Origin: an uncultured delta proteobacterium
GTDB taxonomy: Bacteria; Myxococcota_A; Polyangia; Fen-1088
Length of the DNA stretch: 64,000 nt
NCBI GenBank assembly: GCA_963737265.1
Contig: CAVTRY010000013.1
Location: 96,001 to 160,000, forward strand
Direction: 5' to 3'
Shown piece by piece: positions 30,860 through 40,363 of this stretch; the stretch's first letter is position 1; every line of letters begins with the position of its first letter. The notes below the pieces were generated by a model. The model did no database searches, was not told the origin of the DNA, and was given only the letters and a program-made list of their open reading frames with translations. Both the position numbers and the translations under genes were made by a program.

Positions 30860-31717
30860 CTAGCCCTTTTTCTTCCACTCGGCGAGCGTCTTCTTGATCT
30901 CAGGCTCGAGGAAGAAGAATTCTGCTTTTTGACCGAGCTGATAGGACTTCTCGCCCAGGGCGATCGCTTCCTTGACGTTTCCCTTGGCCGCCAGGAGCGA
31001 CGCCTTGATCCAGAGGTTGAACCAGTCTTCGTTGAGCGCCAGCGATTGGTCGATGTATTTCAGACCAGTTGCGTAGTCTTTCTTGGTTTCGAGCAGGTAG
31101 CGTGCGGCATTGGCGTAGGTTCGCCAAGCTCCGTCGATGCCCTTGGCGATGTTGGCCATCGCCTGCTCACCGGTGTTGACCTTGATCGGGATCGAGACGC
31201 GTAGCTTCTCCCATTCGAGATCCAGCGATCCCTTATCGTCGGTGAAATCCGAGAAAAGAAAGGCCATGCGCTCGCGGTGCGGGGCCGGCTTGGCGTGTAC
31301 CTGGAAGCGCACCAGGTCGAGCTCGGGTTTGTAGTCACGCGCAGTGCCCGCCTGATCCGCTTTCTTGTTGAGGATCACGGTCCAGGCGCCCTGGCTCGGG
31401 ATGGTGAAAAGAGCATAGGTGCCGGCGGGAACTGGTTTGTCGCCCAAGGTGAGGTCGCGACTGACCGTGATCTTGGTGGCCTGGTTGGCGCCGGTTCGCC
31501 ACATCTGCCCGTAGGGAACGAGCGCGCCCCAGATCTTGCGGCCTTTGACCGCGGGGCTGCTGTAGTCGACGGAGATCTCGGTGAGCCCGATGACCTGGGA
31601 CACCTTGGCCGACGGACTGGGCCGCGGCAGCTCGGGCTGAGCCGAAGCGGTGGCAGTCGCAATTATGACGACTGCCCCTGCGATGAGGGGGATGGTCGAG
31701 CGAGATAGGCGGGACAT
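30860..31717 (-). CDS. DUF2911 domain exported protein with C-terminal TPR
   Basis: PRPSPSAKVSQVIGLTEISVDYSSPAVKGRKIWGALVPYGQMWRTGAN, AGTYALFTIP; signal peptide. Confidence 0.9.
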   Translation of the reverse strand: MSRLSRSTIPLIAGAVVIIATATASAQPELPRPSPSAKVSQVIGLTEISVDYSSPAVKGRKIWGALVPYGQMWRTGANQATKITVSRDLTLGDKPVPAGTYALFTIPSQGAWTVILNKKADQAGTARDYKPELDLVRFQVHAKPAPHRERMAFLFSDFTDDKGSLDLEWEKLRVSIPIKVNTGEQAMANIAKGIDGAWRTYANAARYLLETKKDYATGLKYIDQSLALNEDWFNLWIKASLLAAKGNVKEAIALGEKSYQLGQKAEFFFLEPEIKKTLAEWKKKG

Positions 31718-32191
31718 GAAACCACTCTCCTTTTGCTTGCACTTGCACTTGGCGCGCCTGGCACGACGGCGTGGCCCTGGTGTACTTAGCACGGCCAGCG
31801 CGGCTTGCACGGACGAGGCCGTGGGAGCGGAAGACACGGCCAGGACGATCTTGGCTCGTCAGGTTGAAATGTCGCCTCGAGACTCGCGTCGGGCCAAGAT
31901 GGGGAGGGCCGATATCATGCACTGCTGGCAGCCAGAGTCGTCAAAGCAGGCATTGGCACCGCGCTTCCCGGCGGCTTCATACCCTGCGTGGGTGCGCAAT
32001 AGATATATCCCGGGTCCTCAAGTTTTGATGGCTTCGAGGTCGATGTTTTGGATTTCTCGACGGTGAGACGGTACCCTGCGGAATCGTCCAGATCTCCCCG
32101 GTTGCTATTACTATATTGAAGCTCCTCAAGGAGTATATGTTCTAGCCCGACTAAAGTTGACCGATGCGGTCCCCATAATTTCGGACTGTCG

Positions 32192-32240
32192 GTGTCGCTT
32201 TTTTCACAACCTGGGATAACTTTTGTGATACTTTCCCGCA
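32192..32240 (+). promoter_or_regulatory. Two tandem imperfect Rex-like boxes upstream of the decaheme cytochrome
   Basis: gtgtcgcttttTTCACAA (32192-32209) and TTGTGAtactttcccgca (32223-32240) compared with TTGTGAA-N4-TTCACAA. Confidence 0.4.
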
Positions 32241-32268
32241 TCGCAACTGCTTCCCAAGGAGAAGAACG

Positions 32269-35200
32269 ATGAACCGAGGTCTTAGTGCGAAAGTCATGGT
32301 TACGGTGGGGCTGTCGCTCGGCCTTGCCGCTTGCAGTGGTTCGAACGGCACCAACGGAAAATCGTGCACCGTCGGCCCGGCGGATGGCGGCGGGCAAGTA
32401 CTCACGTGCCCCGACGGAACGATGGCTGTTGTCGGTGCCGGAACGCCTCTTCCGGCAACGGACGGGGGCGCCACGTCTTGCACGATTCAAACCGTCGATG
32501 GCGGAACGACCATTCGCTGTCCTGACGGGACATCGGTCACCATTCCTAGTGTCGGACCGGTCGTCACTGGCGCCGTCGACGCCGGCGGGGCAAGCCCCAC
32601 GGCTGGCCTGGTCATCAATGTGCCCGCGTTGAGCGCGGCCGATTGGAGCGGGCTGTCCCTCATGGGCATGGTGACGAGCGTCAACATCCCCGCCACCGGC
32701 ACGGGCACGCCCATCGTCAAGTTCAAGGTCACGACCCAGAACAACGTTCCGGTTGTCGGCCTCGGCCAGAAGGGGCCCGATGGCTTCTCCGGCCATCTCG
32801 CCTTCACCATCGCCAAGCTGGTGGCAGGTACCACGGATCCGACGTCGGGGGCGACGACGCCCAGCCACTGGGTCAACTATGAATTCGTGAAGATGCCCAC
32901 GACAGCTGCTCCAAAGGGCTCGGTCGTGGCCACGCCAGATCCCGAGTCGAATGGCACGTTGGTCGACAACAATGACGGCACGTATCAGTATACGTTCGGC
33001 CTCGATGTCACCCAGGCCGCGACCATCGCGGCGGCGCAAACCTACACCGCTCCCTACGCACTGGCTGACCTTGGGGATCTGACCTACGACGCCACCGCCA
33101 CCCATCGCGTGGTCGTCTTGGTCGGCGGCGCTCCCACCAGCGCCAACGCCGGGGCTCTGCCGGTCTTGAATCCCGCCACCATCTTCTACGACTTCGTGCC
33201 CAACGGCAGCGCAGTGGTCCAAACCCGCAACATCGTCGAGGTGAACAACTGCAATGCTTGCCATACCAAGCTCTCGTTGCACGCCGCCTACATGCCCCCG
33301 GTGGTGGACACCGGCGCTTGCGTGGTTTGCCACACCGATCAGATGGAGTACGGCAGCACCGAATCCTACCCTGCCACCGGCACCGTTCTGACGCCTGGCC
33401 CATCTCCGGATTTCGCTGCCTTCGATCCGGGTAACACTACGCGCATTGACGGGCGCGCCGTGCCTGCCTTCCCGAACTTCATTCACAAAATCCACATGGG
33501 CGAAAATCTGGGAATGACCGGAACTGATTTCCTGGGCGCTCCCTTCGACACCCGATTCCCGCAGGATATAAAGAACTGCGCCACCTGCCACACCAAGACC
33601 GTGGCTGCGTCCCAGGGCAATAACTGGAACCTGGTGCCCAACCGTCTCGCCTGCGGCTCTTGCCACGACACAGTCAGCTTCACGACGGGCACCAACCACA
33701 AGGGAGGCATTCAGGCCGACGACACCAAGTGCGGCGTGTGCCACAGCGCGACCGCGATCGCGGGCTACCACGTGCCGGTCGTGGGGATCGATCCAACCAA
33801 CATCGGTCTCGTGCCCACGGGCAATTCCCACACCAACGCCAGTTACATCGCGGACAATTCGAACAACCTGCCGACCGGCGCCATCGCAATCACCTACAAG
33901 TTGATGTCCGCCACAGTCACGGCGGCCGGTAATCCGCAGTGGGTGTTCGAGCTTCTTGCCAATGGAGCACCGTTCAACCTCAATACCTATAGCGCCACCA
34001 CGCCCGAGCTGATTCCCAGCACCGTGGGCGGCTTTGTGGGCTCGCCCACCCTTGAAATGGCCTTCGGGGTTCCGCAGGATGGCATTAAGACGCCCGCCGA
34101 CTATAACGGCGCCGTCAGTGTCAACCTCAAGAGCTTGTGGAGAGGCTACACGGCCGCTGGCGTGGCTTTGGCCGCTGGCTCGGGGGTGGTGCTCAATGCC
34201 GATGGCATCAGCTACACCGCTACGTACACCGGCGCCACGGTTCCCGCCAACGCCGTGATGGTCACCGGCGGAATCGGCTTCAACTACGGCGCCATCGCCG
34301 CAGCTACGATCGCCGCCGCCACCACGCCCCTGGTGATCGCTGGTCTCACCGACACTCTGCCGATCACCCAGACCAATCTGCCCACGTACCCCTTCGTTGC
34401 CACCACGTACCAGGGCGGCCTCGCTATTCCGGCGCCGGTGCAAACGGTTGTCGCCTCGGCCTCGACCTACCTGGCCGCGAAACCGGCCGCTCGCCGGCAG
34501 ATCGTTTCCAACGACAAGTGCAATGCCTGCCACGAGCACCTCGGTCTTTTCACGAGTACCACGGTGCAGCCGACCTTCCACGCCGGTCAGCGCAACGATG
34601 CCAATAGCTGCACGTTTTGCCACAACACCACCGGAACCGACAGCGGCTGGTCCTACAATATCAAGGAAGTGGTTCACTCCATCCACTCGGCAGGTATGCG
34701 CAACACGCCTTACACCTGGCAGGCGGGCAGCACCGAGTTCTTGGTTGGCTACCCCGGCATCCAGAACAATTGCGAAGCCTGCCACTTGGCCGGAACCTAC
34801 GACTTCACCGCCAGCGCTAGCGCCGCAGCCGTCGGCAACCTCCTCAACACGACGATCGTCACAGGCACGACCGCTATCAGCGCCAGCGGCATCGTCCTCA
34901 CCGATCCCGCCCAGTACAGCACGACGGCGACCTACATTTCCCCGTTCGTCACGGCTGGCACCATCTACGGTAACAACTTCACCGTGAATACCAGCCTGGC
35001 GGCCAAGAGCGTCACTTGGCCTTTCACCGGTGGCACGGCTGTCAGCGTTCCCGTCGGCGGAACGCTGGAGGCCGACCCCACCACTCTCGTGAACTCCCCC
35101 ATTGCCTCGGCCTGCTACGCCTGCCACGACGCCCCGGACGCGAGAAGGCACATGATCAGCAACGGTGCCTGGCTCAACGTGCCCCGTGCCTCCATCGGCA

Positions 35201-35310
35201 CCTACGTGGCCGGCGTCGCCAGTCTTCCGCCTGTCAACCAGGAACAGTGTCTGGTCTGCCATGAGAGCGGCGCCGTCGCCGACATCAGGGCAGTCCACAT
35301 GAACTTCTAG
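32269..35310 (+). CDS. OmcA/MtrC-family decaheme c-type cytochrome lipoprotein
   Basis: Ten CxxCH motifs in a 5+5 layout (CNACH, CVVCH, CATCH, CGSCH, CGVCH, CNACH, CTFCH, CEACH, CYACH, CLVCH); IHKIH and VHSIH; GTLVDNNDGTYQYTF; lipobox LAAC; AAGGAG RBS. Confidence 0.93.
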   Translation: MNRGLSAKVMVTVGLSLGLAACSGSNGTNGKSCTVGPADGGGQVLTCPDGTMAVVGAGTPLPATDGGATSCTIQTVDGGTTIRCPDGTSVTIPSVGPVVTGAVDAGGASPTAGLVINVPALSAADWSGLSLMGMVTSVNIPATGTGTPIVKFKVTTQNNVPVVGLGQKGPDGFSGHLAFTIAKLVAGTTDPTSGATTPSHWVNYEFVKMPTTAAPKGSVVATPDPESNGTLVDNNDGTYQYTFGLDVTQAATIAAAQTYTAPYALADLGDLTYDATATHRVVVLVGGAPTSANAGALPVLNPATIFYDFVPNGSAVVQTRNIVEVNNCNACHTKLSLHAAYMPPVVDTGACVVCHTDQMEYGSTESYPATGTVLTPGPSPDFAAFDPGNTTRIDGRAVPAFPNFIHKIHMGENLGMTGTDFLGAPFDTRFPQDIKNCATCHTKTVAASQGNNWNLVPNRLACGSCHDTVSFTTGTNHKGGIQADDTKCGVCHSATAIAGYHVPVVGIDPTNIGLVPTGNSHTNASYIADNSNNLPTGAIAITYKLMSATVTAAGNPQWVFELLANGAPFNLNTYSATTPELIPSTVGGFVGSPTLEMAFGVPQDGIKTPADYNGAVSVNLKSLWRGYTAAGVALAAGSGVVLNADGISYTATYTGATVPANAVMVTGGIGFNYGAIAAATIAAATTPLVIAGLTDTLPITQTNLPTYPFVATTYQGGLAIPAPVQTVVASASTYLAAKPAARRQIVSNDKCNACHEHLGLFTSTTVQPTFHAGQRNDANSCTFCHNTTGTDSGWSYNIKEVVHSIHSAGMRNTPYTWQAGSTEFLVGYPGIQNNCEACHLAGTYDFTASASAAAVGNLLNTTIVTGTTAISASGIVLTDPAQYSTTATYISPFVTAGTIYGNNFTVNTSLAAKSVTWPFTGGTAVSVPVGGTLEADPTTLVNSPIASACYACHDAPDARRHMISNGAWLNVPRASIGTYVAGVASLPPVNQEQCLVCHESGAVADIRAVHMNF

Positions 35311-35604
35311 CGAAGTCAAGACGTGTCTATCAATCGCAGACCGAACCCCGGCCGAGCGAGCAAGCCCGCCCGCGAGGCGCGACGAGCGCGCATAGCGCGG
35401 GCTCTGTAAGCCAGGAGAAACGAAGCGGGCGGGCTGCGCAGCCGGACGGGCGACGGGAGCGATTGATGGACACGTCTTCAGAAGCCGGGACAAAGTTTGG
35501 CCTGTCCCAGCAACTGGGCCGGCCCTGGGATGTCGGCATCTTCGGGCCGGTTTCGTTTTGTGCGGGGCGCTCCCGCCATCGGCTGTTGTGCGTGCCGCCG
35601 TCGT

Positions 35605-36864
35605 CTACGGGCAGCTCGCGGCCTGCCAGGTGAGCGGACTTCGCGAGTCGCTGACCGTGATTTCTAGACTTTGAGCATCCGATTTCACCGCAAGCTCTCC
35701 CGTCGCCGTGAGAGCTTGGATGACTCTCGCCGACGGCGGCGCCGATAGCTCGATTCGCCAGGCCACCGCGGTCGTGGTCAAATCGCTGTTCGCCTGAACG
35801 CGAAGGAAGTCGCCGGTCCAGCTTTGCGCGGTGGCGTAGGCCGTCGCGTGGTCCACGTTCCACCCGCGCAAGAAGGTGAAGAGGGGCAGTGCCCCGAACT
35901 GGTCGGCGCCGACGCCGGGCAGCGAAGCGACCGCGACAGCCGAAGCCGGGCAGACATTGCCCGAACCAACCGGCGGAGCCGTGCCGTCCGCGTTCACGAG
36001 AAATCCGACCGTGCGCGGGGGCTCTTTCGCGTAGCCATGGCGAACCGCCGCATTGCCGCCCGCTTGGTATTCGGTGGCTTCGTACAATTCCCCGAGCGGA
36101 TAGACCAGCGCCTGGGCCGCGAACAGCGGCGCACCGAGAGCGCCGAAGTTGTCGTAGTAGTCTTGAAGCTGTGTCTTCGCCAGCTGGGTGATATTCGATT
36201 GGCTCCATCCACGGTGAAGCAGGTCGTTGGCGAATAGCGTTTCGTAGAAGCGGGCGTCGCCTTCGATGACGGTGTCGTAGGCGAGGTAGCTATCTGTCGT
36301 CTGGGGGGAATCCGTCTTGCCGAGATCGAGCTCTCGATCTTGCAGGGAGTGGATGAGCTCATGCGCGAGGGTAATCATCGCGTTCGACTCGGCATCGGAA
36401 CCCGTCTGGTTGGGATGGGAAACGATGGTGACGGTCTTAGTTTGCCACGAGTAGAATGCCAGCACGTGCGCGACTTCATCCTCGATGGTCGAGTTGTCGA
36501 CGCCGGCATCGTTGCCCGCGCCGCCGTTGCCGACACCGGCGTCGCCAGCCGAGCTGTTGGTGGCTGCGGTGAAATGAAGCAGAAGCAGGGCCTTGTCCCA
36601 CGGATTCGGCCCATTTTGGGCGGTGTCGGCCTGCGCCTGTGCGATGAGCTGCTGGCGGAATTCGTCTTCGGTGATCACGGTAACCGGGGGCAAGCCGCCA
36701 AACGGATCGTAGCCGTCGCCGCGCAGGCTCAGATCGTGATAGTAGACGTCTTCCTGGCAGGCACGTTGCGTGATGTCGCAAGTTGCAAGCGAGCGCTGGC
36801 AGCCCGCGCCCGAAGCGAACGTCAAAAACAGACCGGGCAGCACCCAATTTCGCATGCGACTCAT
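35605..36864 (-). CDS. Lipoprotein with putative zincin metallopeptidase motif
   Basis: Lipobox GAGC; LAHELIHSLQD...IEGDA (HExxH + E). Confidence 0.7.
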   Translation of the reverse strand: MSRMRNWVLPGLFLTFASGAGCQRSLATCDITQRACQEDVYYHDLSLRGDGYDPFGGLPPVTVITEDEFRQQLIAQAQADTAQNGPNPWDKALLLLHFTAATNSSAGDAGVGNGGAGNDAGVDNSTIEDEVAHVLAFYSWQTKTVTIVSHPNQTGSDAESNAMITLAHELIHSLQDRELDLGKTDSPQTTDSYLAYDTVIEGDARFYETLFANDLLHRGWSQSNITQLAKTQLQDYYDNFGALGAPLFAAQALVYPLGELYEATEYQAGGNAAVRHGYAKEPPRTVGFLVNADGTAPPVGSGNVCPASAVAVASLPGVGADQFGALPLFTFLRGWNVDHATAYATAQSWTGDFLRVQANSDLTTTAVAWRIELSAPPSARVIQALTATGELAVKSDAQSLEITVSDSRSPLTWQAASCP

Positions 36865-37976
36865 AGGTCAAGCTCCTTGCCGAAGTGGAGGCCCCAGCGC
36901 TCAAACCCGCCGAAAACTCCCAGCGGTTCGTCCAGGTTCAAAAGAAGGGCAGCGAAATATCGGCCGCGTTGGGTTTGCAGCGTGAGGCGAAGTCCCGCCG
37001 CGCTCTGAAATCGATCGACGCTGGTGGAAGGAAGAAGCACAGTTTGCAGGCGCGGGCACAGGTCGACGGTAGCGCCCACCCGCAGGCGGGCCTCGATGGC
37101 GAACTGTCCCAGCACCTCGGTGCCGCGAGCGGTACCGCGCACGCCGATGACCGGCGCCAGCGCCGCCTCGGCCACGAGCACGGTGCCGCCGGAGAGAGCG
37201 TAGCCGACGTGGCCCATCGCCGGCACCGCCATGCGATCGGTGGTCCACAGCCATTCGTTCCACATGCCCCACATCGCCAGCGTTTGATTGTAGACGAACG
37301 CATCCAGGCGCCCGTCGGGGCTCAGCGAAAAGTGAGCCAGCGGCGCGGTCACGCCAAGCCCGACCCGCACGCGCCACGGCCCCGCATTGGCGCGGAAGAA
37401 ACCCGACAGCATGGGATTGCCCACCCGTGCGGTGGAATCGCCTAGGCCCTGTCCGTCGACCATCCAGCCGAAGCCCCAGGTCAGATCGAGGAGCACGAGC
37501 GGATGCAAGGCCAAGGCGCCTTCGAGCAGGGGCGCCATCACGATCGACGTCGATCCAGGCTCGCTTTCGTACGACGTGGCCAGCGTGGCACCGAGGGAAT
37601 ACGAGCGGGGTGCTTCGTCGCGCGCTTGCATCCTCGCCGCTGCGACCGGTGATTCGTCCGGCGGGTTGCCGTACAACTCCGGCGGATAGGGGGACTGCGT
37701 GGGCCAGGCCGCCGGCGGCGGATAGGCGTAGCCGGGTGGGGGCGGCGGATAGCTGTAGGGCGGGGTAGAATAGGTGCCTGGCGGCGGGTTGTAGGCGGGT
37801 GCAGCGGTCGCGGGCGTCGGAGCGGGCCTGGCAGTGTCGCCAGATGGAGTGTCCTGCACGGGCGGGACCGGGTTCGCTGGTTGCGCGAACGAAGCGCGCG
37901 ACGAGAGAACGAGAAAAAGTACAGCGGGGAGAGCACGTGCCAATCCCCACGAGACCCGAAGCGCGTAGGCGAACAT
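36861..37976 (-). CDS. Hypothetical exported protein, Pro/Tyr-rich N-terminus with beta-barrel-like C-terminus
   Basis: Signal peptide ending SFA, PPPGY repeats, amphipathic strands; ATGA coupling to the downstream gene. Confidence 0.65.
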   Translation of the reverse strand: MFAYALRVSWGLARALPAVLFLVLSSRASFAQPANPVPPVQDTPSGDTARPAPTPATAAPAYNPPPGTYSTPPYSYPPPPPGYAYPPPAAWPTQSPYPPELYGNPPDESPVAAARMQARDEAPRSYSLGATLATSYESEPGSTSIVMAPLLEGALALHPLVLLDLTWGFGWMVDGQGLGDSTARVGNPMLSGFFRANAGPWRVRVGLGVTAPLAHFSLSPDGRLDAFVYNQTLAMWGMWNEWLWTTDRMAVPAMGHVGYALSGGTVLVAEAALAPVIGVRGTARGTEVLGQFAIEARLRVGATVDLCPRLQTVLLPSTSVDRFQSAAGLRLTLQTQRGRYFAALLLNLDEPLGVFGGFERWGLHFGKELDL

Positions 37977-38072
37977 AGGTAACGGCAGTGTACCAGCGAC
38001 CGCGACTCTGCGAAACAACCGACGCGCGCCAGCCGAGCACAGTCCCACGGAATCAAAGGCGCTCGAAAGGGG

Positions 38073-38542
38073 TCATGTACCGCTCGTGGCGATTCCAGGT
38101 GGGCCGGTCAGCAGGAACTCCTGCCAGGTGATCGCCGGGATCTCTGCGCGCTCCGCGGTCGCGCGTCCGCCCGCGCTGCAGATGATGAGCGGTCGAAAGG
38201 CCGGATGGCGGCGCGTGAACTCCAGCAAGCCTTTGAGGTCGTTCGTCTGAAACCTGCCGGTCTTCACTTCTGCCGCCCGCTTGCCCCAGCTACCCTCTAG
38301 GACGCCGTCGACTTCAAGCGGCTCTTCTCGCCAGTACGAAACGCCCTGGCCAGAATTCCATGCGTGCGCCAGGAGACCGCCTGATTGCCCGCCTGCTCGG
38401 CCATGTCGAGAAGCAAGGCGGTCTTGCCAACCTGCCGGGGGCCGGCGAGCAGTTGGATGCGTCCTGGTGCAGGCTCGGCGAGCCGCTTGGCTAGAACCTC
38501 CCGGCACGCGTAGTAGTCGAGGCGAAAAACTCTATCAGACAT
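38073..38542 (-). pseudogene. AAA_14/DUF4143-type ATPase with a large internal deletion
   Basis: Walker A segment LAGPRQVGKT is joined out of frame near 38375 to the C-terminus YWREEPLEVDGVL..AAEVKTG. Confidence 0.85.
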
Positions 38543-38563
38543 AGTCCAATAATTATTAGACTA
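38542..38563. promoter_or_regulatory. 22-bp AT-rich palindrome abutting the ATPase start codon (putative operator)
   Basis: TAGTC-c-AATAATTATT-a-GACTA. Confidence 0.55.
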
Positions 38564-38671
38564 CGAATAGAAAAGCAACACGCCTCATCCGTCGAGCTCA
38601 GCGGCAAAGCCTCGCCGTCCGCCGACGTGGGCGACTGCCGAACGGCACGGGGTGAGATGCTCTGACGAGCA

Positions 38672-40240
38672 CTACGCCTTCGCCCAGCTCTTGAGCGCGC
38701 GCAGGAGCGGTAGCTCCAAGGCGTCGCGCAGGGCTTCGCAACTCGCTTCGATCATATTCTGCGAGACACCGATTGTGCTCCAGCTTTCGCCGAGGAGCTG
38801 CGATTCGATGAGGACGCGCGTCTTGGCCGCGGTGGCTGCCTCGGGATCGAGAATGCGCACCTTGAAGTCGCGCAGCTGAACTTCGCGCAGCAGCGGAAAA
38901 TGCTGGTCGAGAGCCTTGTGAAAGGCGTGATCCATGGCGTCCACCGGACCCGCGCCTTCCGCCACCACGTGCGAGACTTCCTCGCCCACCTTCACCTTGA
39001 CCGTGGCTTCCACGAACATCTCGCTGCCGCGCCGGCGTTCGGAAATAACCACGACGTCGAGAATTTCAAAGGGTTCGCCGTAGCCCTCCTGCGAGCGACG
39101 AACCATGAGCTCGAAGGAGCCTTCCGCCGCCTCGAACTGGTAGCCCTGACTTTCCATTTCCTTCACGCGCGCGAGCAGAGCGGGCTCGTAGCCGCGCATG
39201 TCCACGCCGAGGTCGCGCGCGACCATGCGCACGTTGCCGCGGCCGGAAAGCTCGGAGACGACCACCTTGCGCTGGTTGCCCACCGACTCGGGCGCGACGT
39301 GCTCGTAAGACGCCGCCAACTTCTCGACCGCCGACACGTGCGCGCCGCCCTTGTGGGCAAAGGCGGAGCTGCCGACGTAGGGCGCGTGTGCGCGCGGCCG
39401 GATGTTGGCGAGCTCGCTGGCCGTGCGCGACAGCTCGGTCAGGCGTTTGAGGCTGCCGTCGGGCACGCAGGAGTGGCCCATCTTCAGTTGCAGCGCCGGG
39501 ATGACCGAGATGAGGTTGGCATTGCCACATCGTTCGCCCCAGCCGTTGAGCGTTCCTTGCACCATGGTGGCGCCGGCTTCGACGGCGGCCAGGGAATTGG
39601 CAACCGCCATGTCGCTGTCGTTGTGGGTGTGGATGCCGACGGCGGTCTTGGTGAGCTTTTTCAGCTCGCGCACGGCCTCGGCGATGAAGCTAGGCAGGCT
39701 GCCGCCGTTGGTATCACACAAGGTCAGCCAGTCCGCGCCTGCGTCGCCAGCCGCGCGCACGGCGGCCAAGGCGTAGTCGCGATCGGCCTTGTAACCGTCG
39801 AAGAAATGTTCGGCGTCGAAGATGACTTCCTTGCCGTGCTTCTTCAGAAACGCCACGCTGTCGGCGATCATGGCCAAGTTGGTTTCCGGCGTGGTGCCAA
39901 GGACGTGCGTTACGTGCAAAAGCCAGGTCTTGCCGAAGATGCAAACCGCGGGCGTGCCGGCGGAAACCAACGCTTGCAAATTCGGATCGTCGGCAGCCGC
40001 ATGCTTCGCGTGACGTGTGCTGCCGAACGCCGTCAGCTTGGCGTGCTTGAGCCCGAGCTCGGGAGCGCGGCGGAAAAATTCCACGTCCTTGGGATTCGAG
40101 CCGGGATAGCCGCCCTCGATGTAGTGAATACCGAAGCCGTCGAGCAGCCGCGAAATCTTGATTTTGTCCTCGACCGAGAGGGAAAGCCCCTCGCTTTGGG
40201 TTCCGTCCCTAAGCGTCGTGTCGAAGAGTGCGATCTGCAT
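38672..40240 (-). CDS. cimA: Citramalate synthase (LeuA-like)
   Basis: DTTLRDGTQSEG, IEGGYPGSNPKD, FDAEHFFDG, LCDTNGG, HTHND, GERCGNA, AFAHKGG, VSELSGR, FEAAEGSFEL. Confidence 0.93.
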   Translation of the reverse strand: MQIALFDTTLRDGTQSEGLSLSVEDKIKISRLLDGFGIHYIEGGYPGSNPKDVEFFRRAPELGLKHAKLTAFGSTRHAKHAAADDPNLQALVSAGTPAVCIFGKTWLLHVTHVLGTTPETNLAMIADSVAFLKKHGKEVIFDAEHFFDGYKADRDYALAAVRAAGDAGADWLTLCDTNGGSLPSFIAEAVRELKKLTKTAVGIHTHNDSDMAVANSLAAVEAGATMVQGTLNGWGERCGNANLISVIPALQLKMGHSCVPDGSLKRLTELSRTASELANIRPRAHAPYVGSSAFAHKGGAHVSAVEKLAASYEHVAPESVGNQRKVVVSELSGRGNVRMVARDLGVDMRGYEPALLARVKEMESQGYQFEAAEGSFELMVRRSQEGYGEPFEILDVVVISERRRGSEMFVEATVKVKVGEEVSHVVAEGAGPVDAMDHAFHKALDQHFPLLREVQLRDFKVRILDPEAATAAKTRVLIESQLLGESWSTIGVSQNMIEASCEALRDALELPLLRALKSWAKA

Positions 40241-40363
40241 AATGATGCCCAGCTTTCTTGGTTGAGCCGGTCAATGTACAAAATTCGGCGCGCCGGCGCA
40301 AAGAGTGAGCCTGGCCGGCGAGCCACAAATTGCCCGCTGGCTGGTCTACACTGGCCGTCACCC

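Noticed and set aside
31915-35493. 1192-aa minus-strand ORF
   Set aside because: Antisense shadow of the decaheme cytochrome in GC-rich DNA; no motifs.
35311-35604. ncRNA or terminator after the cytochrome gene
   Set aside because: Only weak GC-rich pairing; no recognisable family or U-tract.
38900-40363. N-terminal 488 aa of the 1131-aa ORF
   Set aside because: Antisense to cimA; the real gene starts at 40364 with a signal peptide.
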